From Pseudomonadota bacterium (GTDB lineage: Bacteria; Pseudomonadota; Alphaproteobacteria; Rhizobiales; Xanthobacteraceae): DNA of 64,000 bases. Shown piece after piece: positions 8,511-16,574 of this stretch. Made by a program: the position numbers and the translations under genes. A model generated the notes under the pieces. That model ran no database searches. It was not told the DNA's origin and saw only the letters and a program-made list of their open reading frames with translations. Location: the NCBI GenBank assembly GCA_023451825.1, contig JAEXYA010000017.1:12681-76680 (forward strand), read 5' to 3'. Within the stretch, counting starts at the first letter, position 1. Each line of letters starts with the position of its first letter.

Positions 8511-9380
8511 TCAGCGCTCGAACGGCCGCGGGATCACCTTGTCGAACATCGACTTCGCGCCGCTCAACACGTCTTCGACGACACTCGTGCGGCCACCGCG
8601 TTCATCAGCATTGGCCTGCATCTCGCGCAAAGGCACGGGCACATCTCCGGGCGGGCGGGGGCCCCGTGAGCGGGCGGACAGCGCGGGATCTTCGATATTC
8701 GGATTTGACAGCACGATCGGCGGCGGGAGTTGCTGCATCGGCTGCGCTTGCTGGACGGGCGGCTGCACCACCGGCGTCGATTGCGGCTGAACCGCCGCCG
8801 TGCGCTCAGGCGCACGCGGTGCTTCCGATGGTCGCGATGCTTCCGATGGTCGCGATACCTCGACCTTCTCGCCGCGGCTCAAACGCTCGATAGCGGCGCG
8901 GGCGAGATCATTGGCGTCGCCGGCAGGCGCCGTACCGACGGTCGCAACGACGGGGGTCGGCGACGGCGCCGCGATGGACGATTCGCTCTTTGCCGGCTCT
9001 GCCTTAGCGACGGCCTTCTCACGCGAGGGCGCGTGTCGGCGCGCTTCGACAGCCTTGGAGGAATCGGTCTTGGTCGCATCGGTCTTGGCGGCGTCCGCCT
9101 TGTCCGACTTCTCCGTGAGAGCCTTTTCGGCTGGCTTATCAGCCGTCTTTTTCGCCGGGATCGCCGCGGATTCGGGAGCATCCACAGCAGCAGCAGCCTC
9201 CGCCGGCTTCGCAACTGCCTTTCCCGGGGCCGGCGCGCTCTGGGCTGCAGCCGGGGCCGGCGGACGATCCTCACGCGCCTTCGGGATGATGTAGTAATTG
9301 ACGATATAGGCGCCGACCACCGTCGCAAAAACCGACGGCAGGATGTCGATGGTAAATTTCGAAAGATACTTCTTCAGCAT
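8511..9380 (-). CDS. Membrane-anchored Pro/Ala/Lys-rich low-complexity protein (hypothetical)
   Basis: 289 aa. N-terminal TM helix (ILPSVFATVVGAYIVNYYIIP), then a long low-complexity region. Competing ORFs on both strands are Arg-rich shadows. Confidence 0.55.
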   Translation of the reverse strand: MLKKYLSKFTIDILPSVFATVVGAYIVNYYIIPKAREDRPPAPAAAQSAPAPGKAVAKPAEAAAAVDAPESAAIPAKKTADKPAEKALTEKSDKADAAKTDATKTDSSKAVEARRHAPSREKAVAKAEPAKSESSIAAPSPTPVVATVGTAPAGDANDLARAAIERLSRGEKVEVSRPSEASRPSEAPRAPERTAAVQPQSTPVVQPPVQQAQPMQQLPPPIVLSNPNIEDPALSARSRGPRPPGDVPVPLREMQANADERGGRTSVVEDVLSGAKSMFDKVIPRPFER

Positions 9381-9505
9381 GAACCCGGCCTCATTCCCCG
9401 GCCGCTACATGCTGGAAATTTGAGGCTGATTCAGGGATCAATCGCGACGGATCAAAGGCAAGTTCCCGCACGGTGCGCGGGAATGTTTCAGTGTGTGACG
9501 GACTT

Positions 9506-9587
9506 GTAGGATGGGTTGAGCGTAGCGATACCCATCACCGCCGGGCGCATGTGGTGATGGGTTTCGCTGCGCTCAACCCATCCTACG
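9506..9587. repeat. REP-like nested inverted repeat (family A), copy 3
   Basis: GTAGGATGGGTTGAGCGTAGCGATACCCATCACCGCC...GTGGTGATGGGTTTCGCTGCGCTCAACCCATCCTAC. Confidence 0.85.
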
Positions 9588-9598
9588 GCCGCTGCGTC

Positions 9599-9880
9599 TT
9601 ACTTGATCTCGATTTCCAGGAACACGATGTCCTTGTCGGTCTCATTGAGCACGTCATGCTCGACGCCGGCTTTGCGGAAATAGGACTTGCCCGCGACGAT
9701 GTTGGAGATCGATCGGGTACCATCCGGCGCCACGATGGTCATGGCGCTGGTGGTGACCGGCACGATCACATAGTCCATGCCGTGGGTGTGGTGCCCCGTG
9801 GCCGCGCCCGGCGCCAGACGCCATTCGGTGACGCGGACTTCGGGCGTGTCTTGCTGGACATCGGACTGGGCAGCGAGCAT
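9599..9880 (-). CDS. Cupin domain protein
   Basis: 93 aa with the His cluster GHHTHGMDY and a small beta-barrel-like pattern. Confidence 0.7.
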   Translation of the reverse strand: MLAAQSDVQQDTPEVRVTEWRLAPGAATGHHTHGMDYVIVPVTTSAMTIVAPDGTRSISNIVAGKSYFRKAGVEHDVLNETDKDIVFLEIEIK

Positions 9881-9893
9881 GGGGCTTCCTTGA

Positions 9894-11021
9894 TTACGGT
9901 GCGAATACCGTCAGCAGAAATACAGCAAAGACCAGCATGTGCACCATGCCGAACAGGATGTTGGTTACGCCTGTGGCGAATGTCAGCATGCTGATGGCGA
10001 ATGTCATGATGAGCAGCGTGGTCTCGCTGGGCGGCAGGCCGAGCACCAGCGGCTGGCCCAGCAGTGTCGCAACCAGGGCCACCGCAGGAATGGTGAGACT
10101 GATGGTGGCCAGCGCCGATCCCAGCGAGAGATTGATGCTCTTCTGCAGCTTGTTGTGACGTGCAGCGGAAAACGCAGCCACACCTTCGGGCATCAGGACG
10201 AGCAGCGCCACGACGATGCCGGTAAAGGCTGCCGGCGCGCCGATGGCAGCGCCGCCGGCATCCACGACCACGGAAAACGACTTGGCCAGCGCCACCACGC
10301 TGACCAGAGCAACGATCAGCAGGATGGCATTCATCTTGATGGAATGCGTCGGCGGCGCTCCGTCATCGTCTTCATCGTCATTGATGAAGTAATCCCGGTG
10401 CAGCACGGTCTGCGTGTAGAGGAACAGGCCGTACAGGATCATCGTGATGACGCTGACAAAGGCCAGCTGCAGCGCCGAGAATAGCGGACCGGGCGTTGTC
10501 AGCGTGTAGTTCGGCAGGATCAGTGTCATTGTAGACAGTACGATCAGCACGCTGAGATAGATCTTGGCACCCGAGACCTGGAATTCCTGCTCGCTGTAAC
10601 GCAGCCCGCCGGCAAGGATGCACAGGCCCACCATGCCGTTGCAGACGATCATGACCACCGCGAACACGGTGTCCCGCGCCAGTGTCGGCGCCGACTTCTC
10701 GCCGATCATGATGGTGGCAATGACCGCCACTTCGATGATGATCACGGACAGGGTCAACAACAGCGTACCGTAGGGCTCCCCGATCTTGTGGGCGATTACC
10801 TCCGCATGATGGACGGCCGCAAACACGGTGCCGAACAGGATCGCCAGCAAGACGATGGCAAACAGGACGCCGAACACCGATGGGGTGAAGCCGATCCCGA
10901 GCACGGTGGTGACGGCGACAAATGCAACGGCTGATGCCGGAAACATCCATGACGAGCGGGGCACGGGGTGTGCGGACATCGCGTAAGTACCTGGGGATTC
11001 GAGAGATGGGAGGCGCAACAT
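9894..11021 (-). CDS. Ca2+/H+ antiporter (CaCA/ChaA family)
   Basis: Polytopic membrane protein with two alpha-repeat-like segments (GEPYGTLLLTLSVIIIEVAVIA; LGSALATISLTIPAV). The true start may be the internal Met at 10979 (MSAHPVPRSS...). Confidence 0.8.
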   Translation of the reverse strand: MLRLPSLESPGTYAMSAHPVPRSSWMFPASAVAFVAVTTVLGIGFTPSVFGVLFAIVLLAILFGTVFAAVHHAEVIAHKIGEPYGTLLLTLSVIIIEVAVIATIMIGEKSAPTLARDTVFAVVMIVCNGMVGLCILAGGLRYSEQEFQVSGAKIYLSVLIVLSTMTLILPNYTLTTPGPLFSALQLAFVSVITMILYGLFLYTQTVLHRDYFINDDEDDDGAPPTHSIKMNAILLIVALVSVVALAKSFSVVVDAGGAAIGAPAAFTGIVVALLVLMPEGVAAFSAARHNKLQKSINLSLGSALATISLTIPAVALVATLLGQPLVLGLPPSETTLLIMTFAISMLTFATGVTNILFGMVHMLVFAVFLLTVFAP

Positions 11022-11151
11022 AGGACAACGTTTGCCCCGGCGTCAGGTTGCAGGGCTGCGTCATGCTGACTCGCCAATCATCCCTGGCAATGCTTATAGT
11101 CCAGCATCACCGCGTGGTGAGCTCGAAAAAAGAAGAAAGGGAGCAAACGAG

Positions 11152-11529
11152 ATGTTTTCGCATGTCATGATCGGCACCAATGACCTGGAAAAGGCAAAGG
11201 CGTTCTACGACAAGCTGCTCGGCACGCTGGGCGTCGAGCCCGCCGTGGTTGATCGTCATCGCATTTTCTACCGTACCAAGACCGGGACCTTCTCGGTGTC
11301 GAAGCCGATCGACGGCAAGCCGGCCACTCCTGCCAATGGTGGCACCATCGGCTTTCTGGCCAAATCCCAGGAAGAAGCCGACGCCTGGCACGCTGCCGGT
11401 ATCGCGGCAGGCGGCACCACCTGCGAGGAGCCGCCTGGTGTCCGTGAAGGTGGCGTGAAGATGTATCTCGCTTACCTGCGCGACCTCGACGGTAACAAGC
11501 TCTGCGCCTTGCACCGCGTGCCAGCGTAA
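11152..11529 (+). CDS. VOC family (glyoxalase/bleomycin-resistance/dioxygenase fold) protein
   Basis: MFSHVMIGTNDLEKAKAFYDKLLGTLG...YLAYLRDLDGNKLCA. ATG at 11152 preceded by aaggga. Confidence 0.85.
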   Translation: MFSHVMIGTNDLEKAKAFYDKLLGTLGVEPAVVDRHRIFYRTKTGTFSVSKPIDGKPATPANGGTIGFLAKSQEEADAWHAAGIAAGGTTCEEPPGVREGGVKMYLAYLRDLDGNKLCALHRVPA

Positions 11530-11538
11530 CGTTGGCCT

Positions 11539-11696
11539 TCTCCCCGCATGCGGGGAGACGGTGGCCCGGCGACGCCGGGGCGGATGAGGGGAGCTTCAAT
11601 GGGACGGAGCACGTGAAGAGCCCCCTCACCCGACGCCGTGATGCGATGCATCCGGACGCCAACCTCTCCCCGTAAGCGGGGCGAGGTTAGGGGAGC
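11539..11696. repeat. Intergenic element bounded by CTCCCCGC...GCGGGGAG-type hairpins
   Basis: Perfect palindrome tctccccgcatgcggggaga at 11539-11558, directly after the VOC stop. A related ctctccccgtaagcggggcgagg lies at 11664-11686. The same hairpin type occurs at 51665-51693. Confidence 0.5.
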
Positions 11697-11714
11697 GTCG
11701 CTGCAATCATTGGA

Positions 11715-12536
11715 CTAGTCAGCGCGGATAAATTTCAAGCCTGTTTCGATAGCTCCGTAGGTTGCGAGATCATCGTGCCCGCCTTCCGGAAGCCGTACGA
11801 ACTGCTTGGGCTCACGGGCCAGATCAAACAGCCGCTGCCCCAAACGGACCGGAATGGTCCGATCGCGCTCGCCATGCATGATCAGAAGCGGAGCTGCGAC
11901 ACGCGCAATGCGAAGATCCGAGCGAAACTGATCCCGGAGGAGCCAGCGCACCGGCACGTAGCTGAAGTGCAATGCAGCAGCATCCGCCATGGACGAATAA
12001 GGCGCTTCAAGAACCAGCTTCTGGATTGCGTTCTCCGCGGCCAGCGCAGTCGCGACACCTGTCCCCAACGAGAAGCCCCACAGCACGATCCGGTCGGCAG
12101 CGTATCGCTCTCGCGCAAACGCGTAGGCCGCGGCGGCGTCCTGAAGCAGCCCGGCCTCGCTCGGCGCGCCGCTCGAGCCGGCATAGCCGCGATAGGAGAC
12201 GGCGATCAGTCCGTTACCGTCTCCTGTCAATTGCCGAAAACGGCCAATCTGAGCCGCGATAAAATCGCCATTGCCGTGGAAATAGATGATGACCGGCCGC
12301 GATGGCTTTGCAGGGACATGCCAGGCGATGATGCGCTCGCCGTCCGGCGTGGTCAGCACATGCTCTTCCGCCTGCGCGAAGCCTGCCGCTTCCGGCGAGG
12401 TCCGCGTCGTCTGCGGGATAGGAAAAATGAGTTGCCGTTGCTTCACATACAGCAACGCGAGAACCGCGCCGTAACAGACCGCCGCCACTGCGACGGTCCA
12501 TAACAGGATTTGCACGGCGCGCCGCCGATCCGGCAC
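11715..12536 (-). CDS. Alpha/beta hydrolase
   Basis: 273 aa. N-terminal TM, an HG box (IIYFHGNGD) and a nucleophile elbow GFSLGTG. Confidence 0.8.
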   Translation of the reverse strand: MPDRRRAVQILLWTVAVAAVCYGAVLALLYVKQRQLIFPIPQTTRTSPEAAGFAQAEEHVLTTPDGERIIAWHVPAKPSRPVIIYFHGNGDFIAAQIGRFRQLTGDGNGLIAVSYRGYAGSSGAPSEAGLLQDAAAAYAFARERYAADRIVLWGFSLGTGVATALAAENAIQKLVLEAPYSSMADAAALHFSYVPVRWLLRDQFRSDLRIARVAAPLLIMHGERDRTIPVRLGQRLFDLAREPKQFVRLPEGGHDDLATYGAIETGLKFIRAD

Positions 12537-12543
12537 CGGCGGA

Positions 12544-13947
12544 TCACATCGCCTTGACGATGTTCTCCGTCACCTTCTTCGCGTCACCCAGCAGCATCAT
12601 GGTGTTGTCGCGATAGAACAGCGGATTGTCGATGCCGGCATAGCCGGAAGCCAGCGAGCGCTTGATGAACATCACGGTGCCGGCCTTCCAAACCTGCAGC
12701 ACCGGCATGCCATAGATCGGCGAGGTCTTGTCCTCTTCCGCTGCCGGATTGGTGACGTCATTGGCGCCGATGACGAAGGCGATGTCGGCTTGGGCGAATT
12801 CCGAATTGATGTCCTCAAGTTCGAACACCTCATCGTAGGGCACATTCGCTTCGGCGAGCAGCACGTTCATGTGGCCGGGCATACGGCCGGCGACCGGGTG
12901 AATCGCATATTTCACCTCGACGCCTTCCTTCTTCAGCGTATCGGCCATTTCGCGCAACGCGTGCTGTGCCTGCGCCACCGCCATGCCGTAGCCGGGCACG
13001 ATGATGACCTTCTGCGCGTTCTTCATGATGAAGGCCGCGTCATCGGCAGAACCGAGCTTGGCCGGCTTCTGCTCGCCCGAACCACCGCCCGCTGCAGCCG
13101 TCTCGCCGCCAAAGCCGCCGAGGATCACCGAGATAAACGAGCGGTTCATCGCGTGGCACATGATGTAGGACAGGATCGCGCCGGACGAGCCGACCAGTGC
13201 ACCGGTGATGATCAGCGCCGAGTTACCCAGCGTGAAGCCGATGCCGGCCGCTGCCCAACCCGAATAGGAATTGAGCATCGAGATCACGACCGGCATGTCG
13301 GCGCCACCGATCGGGATGATCAGCAGAGCGCCGAGCACCAGTGCGAGCACGGTGATGACCCAGAAATCCACCGCCGAGCCGGACTTCACCAGACCGTAGA
13401 TGAAGAAGATCAGCGCCAGGCCAAGCACGATGTTGATGATGTGACGCGCCGGCAGGATGATGGGCGCGCCGCTCATCCGGCCGGACAGCTTTGCGAAGGC
13501 GATCACCGAGCCAGTGAACGTCAAAGCGCCGATGGCGACGCCGAGCGACATTTCGATCAGGCTCGCGGCGACGATCTTGTTGGTCGCGGGATCGAGAATG
13601 CCAAAAGCTTCCGGCGCATAGAAGGCGCCGGCGGCGACCAGCACCGCGGCCATGCCGACCAGCGAGTGGAAGGCGGCGACCAGTTCAGGCATCGAGGTCA
13701 TCGGCACGCGCTTGGCGATGACGGCACCGATGCCGCCGCCGATGGCGATGCCGAGGATGACCAGGACCCAGCCCAGCGCATCAGCTGGCGGATGCGCCGC
13801 CAGCGTGGTGCCGACGGCGATGGCCATGCCGATCATGCCGAAGAAATTGCCCTGGCGGGATGAGGCCGGGCTCGACAGGCCGCGCAGCGACATGATGAAG
13901 AGCACGCCGGCGACCAAGTATAGCAGTGCAGACAGATTGGCGTTCAT
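12544..13947 (-). CDS. pntB: NAD(P) transhydrogenase subunit beta
   Basis: 467 aa. Polytopic N-terminal domain plus a dIII domain with VIIVPGYGMAVAQAQH. Confidence 0.95.
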   Translation of the reverse strand: MNANLSALLYLVAGVLFIMSLRGLSSPASSRQGNFFGMIGMAIAVGTTLAAHPPADALGWVLVILGIAIGGGIGAVIAKRVPMTSMPELVAAFHSLVGMAAVLVAAGAFYAPEAFGILDPATNKIVAASLIEMSLGVAIGALTFTGSVIAFAKLSGRMSGAPIILPARHIINIVLGLALIFFIYGLVKSGSAVDFWVITVLALVLGALLIIPIGGADMPVVISMLNSYSGWAAAGIGFTLGNSALIITGALVGSSGAILSYIMCHAMNRSFISVILGGFGGETAAAGGGSGEQKPAKLGSADDAAFIMKNAQKVIIVPGYGMAVAQAQHALREMADTLKKEGVEVKYAIHPVAGRMPGHMNVLLAEANVPYDEVFELEDINSEFAQADIAFVIGANDVTNPAAEEDKTSPIYGMPVLQVWKAGTVMFIKRSLASGYAGIDNPLFYRDNTMMLLGDAKKVTENIVKAM

Positions 13948-13989
13948 CTCAGGACCCCATCACTTTCGTCACCTTGAGGTGAGCGCCAA

Positions 13990-14304
13990 TCACTTGGACT
14001 TCTTCTTGTACATTGCGAGCATGCGCTGGGTGACCAGGAAGCCGCCGAAGATATTCACGCAGGCGAAGATCAGCGCCACGAAGCCGAAGCCACGGGCGAG
14101 CACGCCGCCGCTGCCGGCGAGCTTGACGCCCACCGCGAGCAGCGCGCCGACCACGATCACCGAGGAGATCGCATTGGTCACCGACATCAGCGGCGTATGC
14201 AGCGCGGGGGTCACCGACCACACCACGAAATAGCCGACGAACACGGCCAGCACGAAGATCGAGAGTTGGAAAACGAAGGGGGAAACCAGCGAGGCATGAT
14301 CCAT
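13990..14304 (-). CDS. pntAB: NAD(P) transhydrogenase subunit alpha part 2 (membrane part)
   Basis: 104 aa, three TM helices, and its position between pntAA and pntB. Confidence 0.9.
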   Translation of the reverse strand: MDHASLVSPFVFQLSIFVLAVFVGYFVVWSVTPALHTPLMSVTNAISSVIVVGALLAVGVKLAGSGGVLARGFGFVALIFACVNIFGGFLVTQRMLAMYKKKSK

Positions 14305-14316
14305 GGCGATTGTCCC

Positions 14317-15447
14317 TTACGCAGTCTTCGGCTGGAAATTCGGGTGGATGACAGCGCCGTCTTTCGTCAGCGCCGTGGCTTTCACCAGTTCGTCGTCCCA
14401 GTTCACCGCAAGCGCCTTGGTCTCCTTGTTGACCAGCGTCTCGATGAAGGAGAACAGATTTCGCGCATAGAGGCTGGAGGCCGAGGCAGCGACGCGGCCG
14501 GCGACATTGGTGAATCCGACGATCTTGATGCCGTTGACGTCAGCGACCTCGCCGGCCTTGACGCCCTCGACATTGCCGCCGCGCTCGACGGCGAGATCGA
14601 CCAGCACCGAACCGGGCTTCATCGACGCGACCATCTCGGCCGTGACCAGGCGCGGTGCCGGGCGGCCGGGGATCAGCGCGGTGGTGATGATGATGTCCTG
14701 CTTCTTGATATGCTCGGCCGTGAGCGCGGCCTGCTTGGCCTGATACTCTTTCGACATTTCCTTGGCGTAGCCGCCGGCGGTCTGCGCGTTCTTGAACTCG
14801 TCGTCCTCGACGGCCAGGAATTTCGCACCGAGGCTTTCCACCTGTTCCTTGGTGGCCGGGCGCACGTCCGTTGCGGTCACGACGGCGCCGAGACGGCGGG
14901 CGGTGGCGATCGCCTGCAGGCCGGCAACGCCGACGCCCATCACGAACACCTTGGCGGCCGGAATGGTGCCGGCAGCAGTCATCATCATCGGGAAGGCGCG
15001 GCCGAAATATTCGGCGGCCTCGATGACGGCGCGGTAGCCGGCGAGATTGGCCTGCGACGACAGCACGTCCATCACCTGCGCGCGGGTGATGCGCGGCATC
15101 AGCTCCATGGCGAAGGCGGACACGCCAGCGTCAGCAATAGTCTTCAGCGCGGCTTCATTGCCATAGGGATCCATGATCGCGATCACCAGCGCTCCGCGCT
15201 TGTAGTTCGCAAGCTCGGACGCTTCCGGGCGCTTCACCTTGATGACGATGTCGGCGTCCTTCACCGCATCGGCCGCGATGGTCGCACCGACGGCGGTGAA
15301 TTCGGAATCCGGAAGGCCCGACTTGATGCCTGCACCAGGCTCGATCGCCACTTCGGCGCCGAGCGCCTTGAACTTCTTGATCGTGTCCGGCGAGACCGCG
15401 ACGCGCGGCTCCAGCGGATCGATTTCCTTGGCAACGGCAATCTTCAT
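14317..15447 (-). CDS. pntAA: NAD(P) transhydrogenase subunit alpha part 1 (dI)
   Basis: 376 aa. Alanine dehydrogenase/PNT fold with the Rossmann motif VMGVGVAGLQAIATARRLGA. Confidence 0.95.
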   Translation of the reverse strand: MKIAVAKEIDPLEPRVAVSPDTIKKFKALGAEVAIEPGAGIKSGLPDSEFTAVGATIAADAVKDADIVIKVKRPEASELANYKRGALVIAIMDPYGNEAALKTIADAGVSAFAMELMPRITRAQVMDVLSSQANLAGYRAVIEAAEYFGRAFPMMMTAAGTIPAAKVFVMGVGVAGLQAIATARRLGAVVTATDVRPATKEQVESLGAKFLAVEDDEFKNAQTAGGYAKEMSKEYQAKQAALTAEHIKKQDIIITTALIPGRPAPRLVTAEMVASMKPGSVLVDLAVERGGNVEGVKAGEVADVNGIKIVGFTNVAGRVAASASSLYARNLFSFIETLVNKETKALAVNWDDELVKATALTKDGAVIHPNFQPKTA

Positions 15448-15526
15448 GGGTCCTCCGGCGGAGCTCGTCCGCGCGTGGGCAATCAGGTCAGGGATGGACG
15501 CCGCGGCGCTGCGGCGAAAGGCGGGA

Positions 15527-15679
15527 TCAGGTGAGGAAGATGCCCATCAGCGCCACGATCGCGACGACCGAGATGGTGCCCCATTTCACAAGCACCAGGA
15601 AACCTTCATAGGTCTGCTCATGCGCCGGGTAATCGTTGCCATCCGCCGTGGTGTAGGCAACTTCGCTATGATCAGCCAT
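15527..15679 (-). CDS. Small single-TM protein resembling prokaryotic aa3-type cytochrome oxidase subunit IV (COX4_pro_2-like)
   Basis: 50 aa from an internal Met: MADHSEVAYTTADGNDYPAHEQTYEGFLVLVKWGTISVVAIVALMGIFLT. ATG confirmed at complement 15677-15679. It sits directly upstream of pntAA, not next to cta genes. Confidence 0.55.
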   Translation of the reverse strand: MADHSEVAYTTADGNDYPAHEQTYEGFLVLVKWGTISVVAIVALMGIFLT

Positions 15680-15808
15680 TTCGGTGTCCCCTCGCTTTTT
15701 GATCTGTTGCCTCGGAATTAGCGCAATTGGATTTGAACGGCAACGGCTGTTGGCATGCCACACCCGCCTTTAAATGATGCACTGCAGCTAATCTAAAATG
15801 CAGGACGC

Positions 15809-16201
15809 TTAGGCGGGCCAGCTGTCGCGGATCCAGCGGGTGAGCGACTGTTCGCTGACTTCGCCTGCAGCAAGGGACATGATGATCGTTGTGGCCTGAG
15901 CGGGGTCGGGTTCAAACCGAATGCGGTTCTTCATTAAGAAGATCACCATCGACATGAACGCGATCCGCTTATTCCCATCCACAAAAGCGTGGTTTTTCGC
16001 CAGGCCAAAAGCATAGGCTGCTGCCAGCTCGGGCATTTCAGCCTGCTCGCAGCGCCACTTGTTGATTGGCCGGTCAAGAGCTGATTGCAACATGCCTTCG
16101 TCGCGCAGACCCGGCGCGCCACCGAACCTGCGCAATAGCTTGCTGTGGATCGCAATGACCTGATCGTAAGTAATCCAGCGCGGCTCTTCCGCCTCGCTCA
16201 T
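15809..16201 (-). CDS. doc: Doc (death-on-curing) / Fic-family toxin
   Basis: 130 aa with the Fic/Doc motif HAFVDGNKR. Confidence 0.9.
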   Translation of the reverse strand: MSEAEEPRWITYDQVIAIHSKLLRRFGGAPGLRDEGMLQSALDRPINKWRCEQAEMPELAAAYAFGLAKNHAFVDGNKRIAFMSMVIFLMKNRIRFEPDPAQATTIIMSLAAGEVSEQSLTRWIRDSWPA

Positions 16202-16213
16202 CGGGACCTCATT

Positions 16214-16444
16214 TTATTTCGCCAAGGCTGCGAGGGTGTCTTTGTACTTGTCCATGACCTCGTCGGCCGCTTCCATGGTTTCTTCAAAATCCGGATCGTA
16301 TGGCATCAACTGCAAACCGCCACCCGCCAGCTCCGTCACATACAGCTCCTGACCTCGTTGGAGGTCGAGGCGTTGCATCAATTCCTTTGGCAGCAAGAGG
16401 CCGTCGGAATTGCCAATCTTTTTGATCTCAAGTTTCACGTGCAT
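16214..16444 (-). CDS. AbrB/MazE/SpoVT-type antitoxin of the Doc toxin
   Basis: (MH)VKLEIKKIGNSDGLLLPKELMQRLDL is a swapped-hairpin motif. Lies 12 nt upstream of doc. The GTG at 16438 has better spacing from the AGGAG than the ATG at 16444. Confidence 0.85.
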   Translation of the reverse strand: MHVKLEIKKIGNSDGLLLPKELMQRLDLQRGQELYVTELAGGGLQLMPYDPDFEETMEAADEVMDKYKDTLAALAK

Positions 16445-16510
16445 CTCCTAAAGCGTGGCCACAATCGGCCGGGTTGTCGTCCTCGATCCTCCTTCCCCCA
16501 AAACAACTAA

Positions 16511-16540
16511 AGGCATGTTATACAGATGTATAACATGCCT
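16511..16540. promoter_or_regulatory. 14-bp-arm perfect inverted repeat (aggcatgttataca-ga-tgtataacatgcct)
   Basis: AT-rich palindrome 67-96 nt upstream of the antitoxin start and 35 nt after the pepF stop. On the minus strand it is followed by ttagttgtttt, so it may be the pepF terminator, the TA operator, or both. Confidence 0.5.
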
Positions 16541-16574
16541 CCTGGCGACGTTCAACAAATGTTTTACGCGAATG

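Noticed and set aside
8821-8856. Checked tandem and interspersed repeats for CRISPR-like organisation.
   Set aside because: The repeats are either a single 18-bp duplication within a CDS or dispersed REP palindromes tens of kb apart. There is no repeat-spacer periodicity and there are no cas genes.
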